Source: Marsupella aquatica (taxonomy: Eukaryota; Plantae; Marchantiophyta). Taken from it: a stretch of DNA of 64,000 nt. Both the position numbers and the translations under genes were made by a program. The notes beneath the pieces are model-generated. The model made no database searches. It was not told where the DNA came from and saw only the letters and a list, made by a program, of their open reading frames with translations. The stretch lies in the NCBI GenBank assembly GCA_973895155.1, contig OZ316891.1:24923899-24987898 (forward strand), read 5' to 3'. Positions 38,972 to 53,024 of this stretch are shown piece by piece; the stretch's first letter is position 1, and each line of letters opens with the position of its first letter.

Positions 38972-39590
38972 CACAACTACATTATCAGGACTTTTTACGT
39001 GTTACATGAAGACGTTAAGCCCGACGTCTCCTTGCTGCTAAAGAAAGGCGACATACTCGACGTGAATGACGGCACGTTTTGTACGAAGTAACAAAGGTTA
39101 CAATTTACATCGTCCAAAACTACGTTACATACGTCAGTCCATACTACGTTACATATTAACGTCGTAAATAAAGACGTTATTCTGGACGCAGATTGAACAC
39201 AGAAATCAGCTGATAACATCGTTTAAAACGACGTTAATTTCAGATTACGTAGTTTGTGACTTTGTTAATGATGAGTCTGTCCAGGACGTATGAGTAGTTA
39301 GTCGTGTGAGGCTTGGTAAAAATGGTGTTAACGAGAATGTTTGAAAATAGTACCAAGAATGGAGAGACGCGAATGGAGTGCCGTTTGTGGTAAACATTAA
39401 TCTTGTATGGAACATCCTTCCAGGCTACCTTAGTTGGGTGGGCTTTAGGTTTAGGTTCATATACACACGGAATACACATAAAATAGACATATGAAGTCCG
39501 GAATGCCACTATAAATGGGTGGCGTCAAAAGTTTGTGCCAAAAATGTACAAAATGCAGGTGGACGTCCACCTAGTCATGCATGGTATACC

Positions 39591-39853
39591 CTAATGCCGC
39601 TGAGAGCGGCTCCTATCACGTCCAGACCTGCGAACAGAAATACGTGGCGGTGCCTCCGACTGTTTGCCTCGGGGCTGCAACTCGTACCGAAGTGGATCCT
39701 CGTCTGAACTACTGCTACCAGACACCAACTCCACAGCTCCCTTGCCTCTACTCCTAGGGACTACATCTCTAGTGCCACTGTGTCCCCTAGTGGTATCCCT
39801 CTCGACACGGCTCCTCTTCCTCTCTCTATGTCTCTCCCTCCCCCCCCCTCTCT

Positions 39854-39885
<32 letters not shown>

Positions 39886-41798
39886 CATCGTCTATGGCTG
39901 GTATGACCCCTATCAGTCTCCACTGGAGGGGAGAGGTTAGAAGATGACCGGCCCTGTGTACCTAAACTGCCCTCCTGCCCACAGTCTACTAAGGCCTCCT
40001 CCTGCGTATCAGGCTCCTCCCCTCCATGATCTGCCTCCTCATCTTCCGCAATGGGTCATGCCACTAACCCCTCTGGAGGACTCCAATCCTCCTGGATATG
40101 ACATAAGGGATCAGTTTACCTCCTGCAAATAGTGGATGCAAAACCTAGTATAGAAGGAACCTAACCTGACTATGTAACTTACCACTGGGTGGTCCTCCGG
40201 GACTGAGTCCAGCTTAGCCCATAGGGCCGCCGGGCCATAGCGTTTTGAATAGAGCCACTCCTGCTCACTTGGCTCGGCGTTAGCTCCAAACTTGCGTTTT
40301 TGCAGGAAATTGGAGAACGTTGTCACCATCGTCGTTAACTACAATGTACCTAACGACGTTTTAAAATTTAAGGTCGTCCAAGACAAGGTATATAGTGAAA
40401 CTTCAATATTAACGATGTAGAAAAGACGTTAATTAAATGTAACGTCGCGAGAGACGACGTTAGGTAGGATGAACGTAGGGGGTCTAGACGTTAAATTTAG
40501 AACTTGCGACGTTAGAGGAGAAAAACGACGTTAATTCAATGTTCTCACCGCAGCGGCCAAAGCATGAACAAGTTGTGCTTTGAAGAGGGTGGGGGACTTA
40601 CATAGGTTGCAAGGAAGCCTCGCCATCCTCCCTGGCCCCAGAAATTGGTCACACGCAGGCGGCCATTTGATTTGCGGGCTGTAGCAGCTTTGTCCCCCAT
40701 GTGCACTCGCTTGCCTACTGGGGTGTCAGGTGCTGCTTCCAACTCAGCCACGATCAACTTGAAGTCGGCGTCGCTCATTCCTTCTGGTTTCAGGTATTGC
40801 TCTGTCCTTGGGCATCTCATTTTTCGAACCTTGTTTCTCCATCTAAACCTCCGATCTGCAAGGTAGCCTACGATCTTTTGTCTGATGTGCCTATAGTCTA
40901 TTTCACGGCCGTTCCTAAACCCAGCTTGCACATCGTTCAGGAGGAGCTGAAACTTCTTTGGGTTCTGCGCGAGATCCTTCCAAGTTGTCCAACTAGGACA
41001 GTGCTTGGCACAACACGTCTGCACTCGATTTGTGAGGGCCTTCTCATCCAGAACATCCGGCCTAGCATCAAACGCATCCAAGGTGATGGTTGGGAGTTTG
41101 TCTCGACTCACAGCAGTAGTTATCGGTCGCGCAGGAGAAGGTTGTCGCTTCTTGTGGGAGTGACGTTCACGCTGAGGTGAGTACCTCTCTCTTCTGTCTG
41201 CCCTTGCATCTCCCTCTGTTCTTCTTCTTTTGTATGTACCTCTACTGTGTGGATCTGCATCTCTATACTCCTTCCCTTTCCCCTTCCGTCTTCTCTCATC
41301 AAGGCTGCTATTGCTGTTGTGTGTTCTATCACGATGCCTCCTCCGCCTGCGAGAGTCCCGATCCTGATCAGGCTGGAATCTGTCATGTGCTACCCGGACC
41401 ACACTCTTGATTGGGGTCCCACTAGGTGCCTGAGAATCAGGCTGCATTCCATTGAAGGCAGGATCGTCCCACCCATCATCTAGTAGGGACGGGAAGGAGT
41501 TCAGAGCATCGATCGAAGGCCCCCCATCCTCCCCCAAGAGCGTTGCATTCTCAGTTTCCACATAATCATCGAGGGTAGGAGCATTGGCCTCTATATTTTC
41601 CAGGTACTCCAGAAACTGAGACTCCTTGCTTCCTTTTCCTCCCAAGAACTTCCAACTCTGGTTGAAAGCATGTATCAGCGAATGTGTCGATTGCATAGCT
41701 TTACGCACCTTTTCTAACTCCCCTGGATCATCCATAGCCACCAAGTCTGCATCAAAATCTCCACTGGAAGGGAGATAGCCTGGATGAGCCATAGTCAT
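39591..41798 (-). CDS. TnpA/Transposase_24-like CACTA ORF (spliced)
   Basis: RQKIVGYLADRRFRWRNK...KPEGMSDADFKLIV...ARKSN..NFWGQGGW resembles Ptta/En/Spm ORF2. Further probable exons at ~40111-40305 and 39591-39960. Confidence 0.55.
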
Positions 41799-42213
41799 TC
41801 ACTATTAAGATAGGAGGTCAAGAGGGGGAGAGGGGAAGTGTTGAATGTTGAATGTGAGTCACATTCAAGTCACTTCCCGATGTTTTGTTAAAGGAAAACA
41901 GCCGTAGCCCACGAACCTTGGAGACCCGCCGTTACCCTAATTTAACGTCATTAATCACAACGTTAACCAGGAGTGTAGGGTTTAGCAGCGACGTTACATA
42001 TAATTACGTCATACCTAACGACGTTAACTTATTAAGTACATCGTACATTATTACGTAAACTAAATTCGGCAACCTCCCCACAACCTAAAAAACGACGTTA
42101 ATTTTAGGGGAACGTCGTGTGGATGGACGTTAGTTTGGTTAACGTAGCGGGATACGTTTATGCTTGGGGTTTAATATGTTGTGGGGGCCTTTGTAAATTT
42201 GATCACAGGGGAC

Positions 42214-45200
42214 ATGGCAACCTATGCATCGGACCATGATGGCGGCAGGCATCATCGGCACAGATACCATCATCATCATAGGGGGACGTATGATGAGTTG
42301 GATAGGCAAAGGGATGACTCGTGTGACGATGACGATGAGCATGGCGGTAGTTCTCACCGACATAGACACCATCATCGGCATAGGGGGAGTTCAGCTTCAT
42401 TGGGCTATAGGAGCAATGACGAGCGGCAGAGGAGGAGGGATGACGAGGGAGGGAGGAGGAGGGATGACTCATCCTATGAGGACCATGGTGGGGGTACTTA
42501 CACCCGACGCAGAGATGACCATCATCATAGGGGGAGGGACAACCTGTCGGACCGGGAGAGAGATTACTCACCAGACATGTATGATCGATCTAGGCGTCAC
42601 CGATCCAGGCGTCGTCGACGCAGACATGGTTCCGACGGTAGGAGAGGCCGGAGCCCCCATCATGCTGATGGATTTGGAGAGGCCATGGCTGCTCTTCAGG
42701 GGATTGGGCCAATTCGCAAGATGCCTTGCCCTTGCAGACGATGCAAGGGTGTTGTCTTACACGAGAGGACCACTGTCCTTAGCCATTTAGGGATCCATGG
42801 TCGTTACACCCCCCGACCCGAGAGGTAATACAATTTTGTTGGGTATTGCAATTATGATAACATCTCCTTCCTTGAATTGTTTTTTGATTGTCATATTCTG
42901 AACTTGTTTTGGTGAACATGTGGAACAGATTCCTGTTGTAGTGCGATCTTCGCCTGTGGACCGCTTGAGAGACATTGCATATCGTGCACTTGCACCACTC
43001 GTCCATCCATCCAATTTGCCAGCCACATTGAGGGAGATAGACCGTGTATTTCGGAGGAGGAGGAGAGTGTTTAGGATGCACCCTATTGAGAGGGGAGTAG
43101 TGGTGACCACTAGACCCCGATCGATTGAGTCCCGTCCACCTAGGATTGTTCCGCCCCGATGCCCTTTTCTTGATGCATCGGTGTCCCGGGCACCGAGACA
43201 GTTGCGAGGGAGAGCCTTGGACATCTTAAAGGACTCCTTCCCAGCCCAGTTTGGACTCCCTATGGACCTCCCGCTTCGGGAGCCTATTATAGTTTGGGAC
43301 CGCCCATGGGTCATCCTCCCCTCCACATTGGGGACTCATGTAGGACTTGGAGTATTTGCTCTTGTGGATATCGTGGTCCCTACCGGTTGTGCACCCGATG
43401 ATTTGCCTCAGTTGTTTCCATTCTATGGGCCCAAGTATTCGGCGGCAAGATGGCGCATCTTGTCCCGACAGTGCCCAACCTTTAGTCGATATGGCATGTC
43501 ACTAAAGTTGGACCCTAGGTATGCTCAGATTGATGGTTACCCACCTCGCACGGGGAACTTGGCGGGTTACATCAATAGCACTATTGGTTCTCGGCGTTCA
43601 GGGTTTAGGCCAAATGCTGAGTGGCACGAGTTCCATGACCAGAGTCACCCTCGTTTGCCTGTAGCATGCACGCATTACATCTTGACACATGCTACCCGCA
43701 CCATTAGAGCAGGGGAAGAGATTCTTGTAGATTATGATTGGCATTGATGTTTACATGTGTACATGACATATTCATTATGGGGTGACCCTTGCATTTTTCA
43801 TTATTGATGTTTCACTGTAAGCTTTATCACGGAAACCCTTTCTCTAATTGTTATTTGTCATTGCATATTGAAAACTCTAGGATGGTGTACATATTACTCC
43901 CACACCTCACCCATCAATGATGACTACATCAGCCCGTGCCTTTCACGTACGTGCCACCTTACATTTCTCAGACGAGGAGGATGCTGAGGGTCAGCCCCTT
44001 GACCATGATGAGATGGACGATGAGGATGAGGAGTACCATGATGCATATGATGGAGAGTTGGATGATGATGGAGAGTTGGATGATGATGTTGACGATGAGG
44101 GAGATGAGGGAGATGAGGGAGATGACCCTATCCTTGAAGAAGATGCCTTTGCCCACCTTGTTGACGTTCACTTTGGACCTCATGCACCTGACGCCGAGCA
44201 CCCTATCATGGAAGTGGATCAAGAAGATTGGGATCACTTGGAGACTGAAGCCAGAACACCACTATTTGAGGGATCTCCATCCTCACGGTAAGGTTGTCCT
44301 AAAATTATCACAACTCTGGAATTTCATCCAGTGAATATTGGGCAGTCTAAATTGTAGTGCCAGGCATGCCATCTAGCTACTTGGACTAACTGCAAAAAGT
44401 CTGGTGTTTGTGGTTTTGCAAATCCAGGTTGGGTGCAACTTTGTTGATGTTGAATTTGCAAGGAGTTTTCAATGGTTCGGATGTCCATACAGATGCACTC
44501 TTCCAATTGTTCCACGGCAAACTCTTGCCCCAACCAAACACTCTCCCTGGATGTGTGAGGGAGGCTAAGAAGTTGTTAGCCTCAATTGGATTGGCTTTAG
44601 AGACTATCCACATGTGCCCAGGTGGGTGCATCTTGTATAGAGGGGTGTACAAGGATCACACTCACTGCCCAGAGGAGCACTGTAGGCTTCCACGGTATCG
44701 ACCAGACACCATTGGAGACAAGATTGCAGAAAAGGTAATGTTTTCCTCAACGCAATGTGAGAACAAGAAAGTCCAACTTTTAACGTTGCATTCTTTCAAA
44801 CAACGTCGTACATGACTATGTAATTGATTACTTTACGTCGTCCATCTCACTTTATGTCTTTCCACCTGACGTTTTTTTTGTTTTTACGTCGTATGGGATG
44901 CAGTAACTAACGTCGCATGGTACATTAGGGTATGAAACGTTGTCCTTTACGATGTTAGTTTTAATAATACGTAGTGTGGAAGGACGTTTATTGTGATTGT
45001 CGTCAAATTGACGACGTTACATTGGATCTGGCAGGTTTTTCGTTATTTCCCAATCACTCCCCGACTTCAGCATCTCTGCCAACGAAAGCACTTATCCACA
45101 CTACAGACTTGGCATGTGGAGAACAAATCCCCACCAGGGATAATGCAATACCACCAAGATAGTCCAGCGTGGAAGCACATTGATGCCACTTGGCCAAATT

Positions 45201-47875
45201 TTGCCCAGGAGCCAAGAAATGTTCGTTTGGGGTTGGCAATCGATGGAGTGAACCCATATAAACAACGATGGAAGCCTAAGTCCATCTGGCCTGTTCTTTT
45301 GATAAATCAAAACATCCCTCCATGGTTGGCAATGAAGAAGGGTCATGTGCTTCTATTAGCTATAATTCTTGGACCCAAGGCCTGTAAGAATCGTGATATC
45401 TGTTTGGCTCCAACTTATGAAGAGCTACATAATCTATGGGAGGTTGGAGCAGTGACAACAGATGTCACTCGTGAAGCAGGCAATGGTAGGACCTTCAATA
45501 TGAGGGTGATGATCACTCATTGCACCACAGATGGTCCAGGTAATTCATTGGGCAACCCAATGACTATTGTTTGCACAATGTCATGTACAATGCAAGTGTT
45601 GGGGTTATTTGTGGTCTGAACATGGTTCAATGAAATGGCAGGTATGGGGACAATATCTGGCCTGAAGGTGGCAGGTTTTTCAGCTTGCCCTTCATGTGGC
45701 CCAGAGTTGCGTGGGAGGTACTCAAGACTACTGCACAAAACCACATATGAGGGCAGTAGGGTCCGGTTGGCAATGGATGACCACTTGCGACAAAACACAA
45801 CACATTGGGCAGAGACTGAAGTGCGGCCATGTCCTAATGGCCCTTCAGCTAAAGGACAAATTCAAATGGCAGAGAAGGTGGAAGCAAAGTTACTAAAACC
45901 CAAGGATTGTGGAGTAAACCGACGCTCAGCTATGTGGGACTTGCCTTATTGGAGGGTAAGTGATAGAAGTGCATGGTTCCTTTACAGCAAATTAGACCAA
46001 TAAAATTCTTAATTTAGAGATTGCAACTGATTCAATATGTTATTTCAATTTCCAGAGACTCCAGGTTCGATGGTTGTTGGACCCCATGCACATTGAAGTG
46101 AATGTTGCTAAGAACTTGGTGAAGCACATTTATGGGACGAATGACACTCGTGGAGTCCGAGAGGATGCTGAGAGGGTTGGAGTAGTGAAGAGTTGTTGGA
46201 TAACACGTACTGGGGAGAAACCTCCTGGTCCTTGGATTTTGCCAAGAGAGGTTTTGAAGGACATGAATGGGATGATAAGCGAGATGAAGTTCCCTAGCCA
46301 TTACGGAGCTGGTTTTTGTGGGTGCACTACAAGGAATGATCACATACCCCCAATAGGGTTGAAGTCTCATGATTATCACAAGTTGATACAGCATGTGCTA
46401 CCAGCAGTCTTGCGTTGTTGTGATGATTCCCGGGAGCGTCGTTTACTCCGTCTGACTATATATGAGATGTGCTCCATTTTTAGGTATGATAATGTACCCT
46501 CTCTTCCATTGCTCTCTTGCAAGTTCTTGTTACCGCTGAAGGAGCCATGTAATTCAACAAGTATTTCAAACTCATTTTTCTATGGCCCTATGTGGATCTG
46601 ATATACAAAATCTTTGATGGTTTTGAGGAGGAACATAGGTGGGTATGCGCTAAGGAGATAAAGGAGTCTGAGATTCCTTTGATGAGAGAGAGGTCAGCTC
46701 GCGTGATGTGCAATATGGAGAAGGTGTTTCCCCCATGCATATTTGACATGCAATTGCATTTACTATGTCACTTGGTGGATGAGGTCGCGATTGCTGGTCC
46801 TATCCATGCACGTTGGATGTATTGGGTAGAGCGCTTCATGAAAGTGCTCAAGTCCATGGTGCGTCAACCAGCTCGACCAGAGGGAAGTATGGCAACGGGG
46901 TATATCATGTCGGAGTGCCTCTTTTATTCCGGAGGGATGATAGGGAGTTTGGAAACAGAAGCTCCCACAGCTTGGGAAGAGGCACAAGATGATGACAATG
47001 GTGGGTTGCGTTTGATGGGTGCATCAAAAAAGCGTTCACTACATGACAACATACTTCGCCTACAAATCCACAATTATGTGTTGGGAAATCGCCCAGAGAT
47101 GTCTCAGTGGAGGGAGTTGCATAGGTACATATATGCAACTCTATATAACTGTTAATCTAACAGTAGATGTTGTTCTACATTCTATGTGTGTAGAAGTTAG
47201 AGTGGGTTCAAGGAGCACTTCTTTGGATTGTGCAATATTCTCATGGATTCATACATTTTTTGCAGTGCATTCTTGGAGCAGCAACCGATAGTTGCACAAC
47301 GGTATGCATTATTTCGCGTATGGGCATTGGAGCGCATGGATAGGCTCCTTGCAGAGCATGGACCCTTATCCATTCCCATTGATGTACAGAACATCATTAG
47401 GGGACCAGGGTTGTGGGCAACGACCCATACACACATGTATGAGTCAGGGCACCACTTTCGCACTTGGAGGACAGATCACATGAAGAGGAGTACATGTAAC
47501 TCAGGAGTGTTCATGTTGACAGACCCAGGTGATGTTGAGATTCCCTATTGTGGCACTATATTGGATATTTTAGACGTTCACTTTGGGTCATTTACTACTA
47601 TTGTGTTAGAGGTGCGGTGGCACAAATCCATCATGTCACCTCCACATAGAGCCACCATGGTGAAAGATGAGTGTGGGTTCTATCGGGTAGACACGACTCG
47701 TGTAGCACCATCCGGGACTGAGGTTAGTGACACTATAGTATTTCCTAGCCAGGTGGATCAGTGTATTATGGTTCCGATGCACACTATGAGAGGATGGTCC
47801 ATCGTCATTCCCATCTTCCCACGACGGAGGAAGGGTTTGATGGCATCAGTAATTGTAGATGATATGGATCCATGA
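42214..47875 (+). CDS. CACTA TnpD transposase (Transpos_assoc, Transposase_21, DUF4218, DUF4216), multi-exon
   Basis: CPCRRC..VLSHLGIHG; IHMCPGGCILYRG..CP..C..PRY; DSPAWKHID..EPRNVRLGLAIDGVNP; LDPMHIEVNV; LKSHDYH; HARWMYWVERFMKVLK; KDECGF..FPSQVDQC. Confidence 0.9.
42920..43747 (+). CDS. SET-domain protein ORF nested in the first TnpD intron
   Basis: VGLGVFALVDI (motif I), FPFYG (II), NLAGYINS (III-like), ATRTIRAGEEILVDY (IV). No post-SET cysteines. Uninterrupted ORF. Confidence 0.8.
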   Translation: MEQIPVVVRSSPVDRLRDIAYRALAPLVHPSNLPATLREIDRVFRRRRRVFRMHPIERGVVVTTRPRSIESRPPRIVPPRCPFLDASVSRAPRQLRGRALDILKDSFPAQFGLPMDLPLREPIIVWDRPWVILPSTLGTHVGLGVFALVDIVVPTGCAPDDLPQLFPFYGPKYSAARWRILSRQCPTFSRYGMSLKLDPRYAQIDGYPPRTGNLAGYINSTIGSRRSGFRPNAEWHEFHDQSHPRLPVACTHYILTHATRTIRAGEEILVDYDWH

Positions 47876-48390
47876 CCATAAATGTATTCAGTGCATGTAT
47901 ATATTCGTTATGGCCACCTTCATGTGGGTTTGTAGCATCTGTGGGTAACGTCGTTGTATGACTATTACGTCCGGTAGACCAATGTATCTTCAAACTATGT
48001 CGTATCAGGCAGACGTTAATTCCAATTAACGTCGTTTTATTGAGCCTTCAACGACGTTAATTTAGCCACGACCCCGTTTACGTTACTCCACACGACGTTG
48101 ATTCTCCACTTAAAACGATGTTAAACTAACTTACGTCGTTTTAGGGTACGTATTAAACCAAAGACGTCGTGTATTGCAACGTTACTATATCCGCGCGACG
48201 TTAATGACAATGGTGACATTAATTGGCACATGCATTCAAAATGAAAAACATGAGGGAGTCTTTATTCAGTTTCAGTATGATATAGAGATACAAAGGTCCT
48301 ACAAAGCACATTGCATGTCCACCACAAAGCGACTATAACCTAGCCGAATCACTAAACTGCCTCATCCATTGACATCCAGATTGTTGCTAC

Positions 48391-48951
48391 TTAAGGAGTT
48401 CCTTCACCAGACCAGTAGTACTCCTCATCTGCCTTCCTTCTTTTGTAAGAATCACGCCTCTGCCTCTGGTTCCATTTCTTCCGGACGACCTCTTCCCCAG
48501 CCTTTAGCCTTTCAGCCTCAACCTCAGCTGCACAACTTTCCTTGTAATCATACAAGACAATGTGAAGCTCAGTCGGAGACAGCTCACATTTGGGCAATGT
48601 AGGTGGATATGCCTCCCTATCATCTGGGTTGGGCGCCTCATCCAACATCTGATCATCACCTGGATGCAGCAGGAAGTCTCCTGGATCCAACTATTTGTTG
48701 GCCAGAATTGAGCACTCTACCCAACGGATAGAAATGAAATGAACTGTCTCTGCAAAGTGCTCGATCAATCCATGGTAGTCACTGAAGTGCTCAACAACTT
48801 CTTTCCACGTATAGGCCAGCAAGTAGTCTGTTTCCGAGGTACACAACTTCTCAATAACACCTCCCCGACAAAAGAACCCACGTATAGTCTTGTCCTCTTC
48901 ACCAAGTGGAAGGAAGCAACAATGCACATCTTTGAAGAACTTGCGCACCAT
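48391..48951 (-). pseudogene. Unknown CACTA cargo ORF with one internal stop
   Basis: 48951-48691 and 48690-48391 are contiguous in frame across a TAG. Confidence 0.45.
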
Positions 48952-49498
48952 GACTGAACACTGAGTCTAGATCCCACGCTGCAATTTCTTTGTACTCAGG
49001 AAGAGTGCATTCTCCAAAAATCACAAATGCAAGCCTACTTTGGTCTCAGCACTCTTAAACCAAAATCCTCCCGTAGAAAACCCAAGCTATACTCGAGTCA
49101 GCATGGACTACTCCTCATTCAAGTCGTCCACACCGATGTACTCAACGTCTAACATGGCTTGATTCAATCGGAACGTCCTACAGAGCAACGTTACCACTTT
49201 TACGTCTCCCTCCATGACGTAAACATTGACGTCGTTATACCCTAAACACATTACGTCCTCTAATACGTCGTTAATATTGAACGACGACCAAAACAACGTT
49301 TAGGACAGCTCATCCAGAGACGTTAATTTTAAACGTGTTTCCAGCAACGTTAAAATGGGGGCAATCAGCGCTTAGATTTCTCCGACGTCGCCGTTACGTC
49401 GGACGTAGTTATAAACGTAGTCATGGAAGTCGTTAATTATATTAAAGACAATTATGAGGAGGTATTGTTTGCATCCGACGCAACAAAATCTAGTTGTG

Positions 49499-52400
49499 TA
49501 AGATTTGACCGAGGAACCGTATTCCTCCCATTCCGGCTTCGGAGACGAACATTGGGTTTGAGAAGGTTCACATGTTCTGGAAAAATATTGACATTGATTC
49601 GAAGATCAAAATCTGACGGGGGTGTAGTTGTATGTTCATTTCCGCGCACTAGGGAGATTCCGTTGTCAAGAAGATATTGCAGCTCGTCTTCCAAAACATT
49701 TGTCCCTTTCAAAACGGGAAGAACATCCGGGAAAGGGGGCAGGTTCAATACACCTCGACAAGGGCGGCTTCTGTAACATGTATTGTTTGGGCAAAACCAA
49801 ATCATTTTGGTTATGGGTTCCCCCCTGAAAATGCGTTGTCCTTTGACAACAACGCTGATAACACCATGTGGTGAGGGAAATCCAACTTTTTTCACGCAAT
49901 TGCGACATTCGTCTCTTTCGGAATTACGGGGAAATGATCCGTTGCACTGAGGACCAGCGCCAAATTTTGAAGTTTGACGTAATTGCCATGCAACTGGAGC
50001 AACCTCAGTCTCACGGATAGGACACTCTTGTAACGGTTGCTAAAGCACGGAGGGAGCAGTCTGGGGAAGCCTCGTTGAACGCGTTTGGTCTCGAGCAGGA
50101 GGGGTATTGAAATCGACATCTTCTCCACCGCCCGAAATGTCACTTCCAGACAGATCAACAACAGGATTAACTTGAGGCGTGGGGCCAGGGATAGCATGAA
50201 ACATCGTGCGATTAAGATTCTTCCTTTTCATCGATCTAGTATTGGGTGAGGTGACAAGGATTTTATCATGCCTATGGGAGTCTTGTGGCGAGATATTCCC
50301 AGAAGCATGTCCTTTCCTCTTCAAAGATTTGGTGACAACGTCTCCATTGAGAGGTGCACGTCTCTCCAACTCAAACTCGACAACATTGGACAGTAGCATA
50401 TTCATTGCATCTTCATACAACTTGGGGGAGCCTGCCTGGTCCGCTGATCGAAAGCAAATTCCCAAATTGTTGGACCTTTTCCTCTATGCAACCCTTTCCG
50501 ATACGCAGTGTACGCAGCAACCTGAGAAATAGCTTGATTTTGGTCCATTTCACATGCCTCGAAGAGGCCAACCTTTTTCTTCATTACCCATGCTTTCATA
50601 ATTGCGTGCACGGACTCTGATCCTGTACAATTAGGAATCTTAGCCCCTTCTTTGACACTCTTGTTTTGCAATTACATAGAATAAATTGTCTGTTATGCAA
50701 CAAGAAAACACTAGCGTTGGGCGCTAGTGAAGTACAGTCTGTACCTAGAAGTAAAAACTGGCACTGTCCATTAAGGGACAACTTATTGCATTGTATTGTG
50801 TCATATGACAGTTTGAATAAATGATAGCGCCAGGCGCTAGTATTAAAGGATGCTATGGTATTTTAATATTTGAATATGGATACAAACATTTTGTAATGAG
50901 AATATAGCATAGTAATACCTAAAGAGCGGAAAGCAAAGTAAACTAACTTACCAAATGAATAACATTTCCCCATTGCCTCCATCTGACGACCCACCATGAA
51001 ATCCAACTCTGGAGCATCCGAAGCTTCCCCGGGACACAGTTACCCGACTGCCACCACAAATCAATCTCCCTTGAAATTCTGTAAGCCTCTACAAACGTGG
51101 GGGCATTTTGCATCTTATCCCAAAGCCTCCGATGCTCTCCTTGACTCTCTTCAATCACTCCTTCAACTGAATGGCGATGGAAGGTTTGGTAGAAATGGAA
51201 TGCGTCAGTTTGCTCACGCTCAGGGTTTGGATGCCCTCCAAAAAAGACATTTTGGACTGCCAGCCAACCAGCTTGAGCATTGTCCGCCATGAATCCATGA
51301 ATACTCAGATTTTCTAGTCCATTCTCCTTGGACACCTCAATCATTAGTCTCCAAGCCTTCTCGAACGACTTTGTATCCTCTGCTTTTAGTTCGCAAGTAA
51401 ATAAGGTACACAGAGCGCGATAGTTGTGATCGTAAATATGCGCACTAAAAGTAACCCAGTCTTTTGTGAGTCATTTCATCACATCAAAACTTACCCAAGA
51501 ACCTTCGAGACTTCCACCAGGTTGCATTTGTCTCAAAAGATCAACGCCTGATCCATGGCCGATCGAAGTCATCTTGAATATGTGAGGACGGTCTTCTTGA
51601 GACCCTTGATCTGGTAGGAGGTACCTTTGGAGGAAAGGCATGTTGATATTTCTTTGATACCGAACAAGAAAATCTAGTTCACCTCAACCTTTCTGGTCCT
51701 GTCTAACACTACGAAAGAGGGACGCAAACTTCTGGGGTGTGGAAACTACCATGAGCGACTCAAATATCTTGGTTTCTTCAATATCTTGAATATCTTCCAC
51801 ACTTTCACACAAGGACTTTACAAAAGACCCTGTCGCCACATTTTTTACACCAGCAGGAGTGAAAATTGGATTTCCTTCCAATTTCTTTTTGATAACCTCC
51901 TCAACAATCTTCTCTGCGCTCCGAGAAAACACCTTTCTTGAAGGATGGTTGTGCATCCCCATATGAATTGCCAAGCGGGACATGTGAGTACAGGTTTCTG
52001 AGTCAACTAGAACCTGGGGGTACATGTAAAATAACCTTGCTGGACAAGATTGGACACAAAACTGAACTTGATCACAAAATTGGCAAACAACTCCACCTTC
52101 GTCAATGAAGAAGCCAACACGATGTTGCCCGCCAAGTTTGGGGGTTCCACCCCAGGCCTTCTGGTTCCTCCTTTTCTTCCGTCGAAAATAGTCGCAAGTA
52201 TTATTCCTACACTCAATGGAACCAGTGCACGTTACTTTACCAAATTCCCAATATTTCTTGGGATGAACATTAGCTGATGTAGGAAATATTATGGTCCAGA
52301 TGTAGCAATCCTTTGACCGGTCCATGTCGCGTAGACGTGACCCCTTTGAAAGAGCTCCCGCATGAGGCAACTCGAATACAATATTTCCATTGTATTTCTT

Positions 52401-53024
52401 TGGCAAACAGCCGACTTGTTCATGGCAGAAGTCCCTAGCTGCGATGAACCTCAAGATTTCACTGGAACCAGTTGACTTGAGAATGGTATCCATTGCACTT
52501 CTCCGATACACAATGGAATTTTTGGTAAAAACTTCTCCAACCTCCTGTTTAACAGGGGTAACCTCCTGTTTAACAACTGTGTGAGGGGGTTTAGCACTAG
52601 ACTCAGGCAAACCAGAAGGTCCATCATCGTCGCTATCTGAAAGCAAGACAACATCAACAAAGGGTTTGGATGAAAATGGGAGATCGGATGCGACTGGTTT
52701 TTGAATGACAATAGAATACCGAATTCCTGCATTTAGGTGCCAAAAACGAATCCCGTCATCAACATCAAAAGAAGCAGTGAAATTAGAGGCTTCATCTCCG
52801 TTTCCCTCCTCCAAAATGTCCTCAATGTCATTCAAATCCAAACCAAAGCGCCCACAGAGATAATTCTCACTAACTTGCTTGTATACGTCATTGGCCGACA
52901 ATGGAATGGATACAAGGTCACCCGTAGATGGACGCGTCAGAACGATTGACCTCGACATTGTAAGATCATCCAACCCAAAAACACTCAGTTCACAATAATG
53001 AATGACGTCTTCGAATGCACACAA
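49499..53024 (-). pseudogene. MULE DDE transposase with GCM-like domain, copy B (continues at 38971)
   Basis: KVTCTGSIECRN..CQFC..C..CP..HMGMHNHP; SWVSFDV; FMADNAQAGW; TDAFHF; TGSESVHAIMKAW. Colinear with copy A, including the intron position (~50672-50950). Confidence 0.85.

Larger units (their letters stand above)
38972..49498 (+). mobile_element. Complete CACTA/EnSpm-superfamily element with CACAACTA termini and TAA TSD
   Basis: TAA|CACAACTACATTAT ... AAAATCTAGTTGTG|TAA. Removing it restores the reading frame PRSNLTQGHMNRIASAKKE. ACGACGTT-rich subterminal repeats. TnpD domains inside. Confidence 0.93.
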
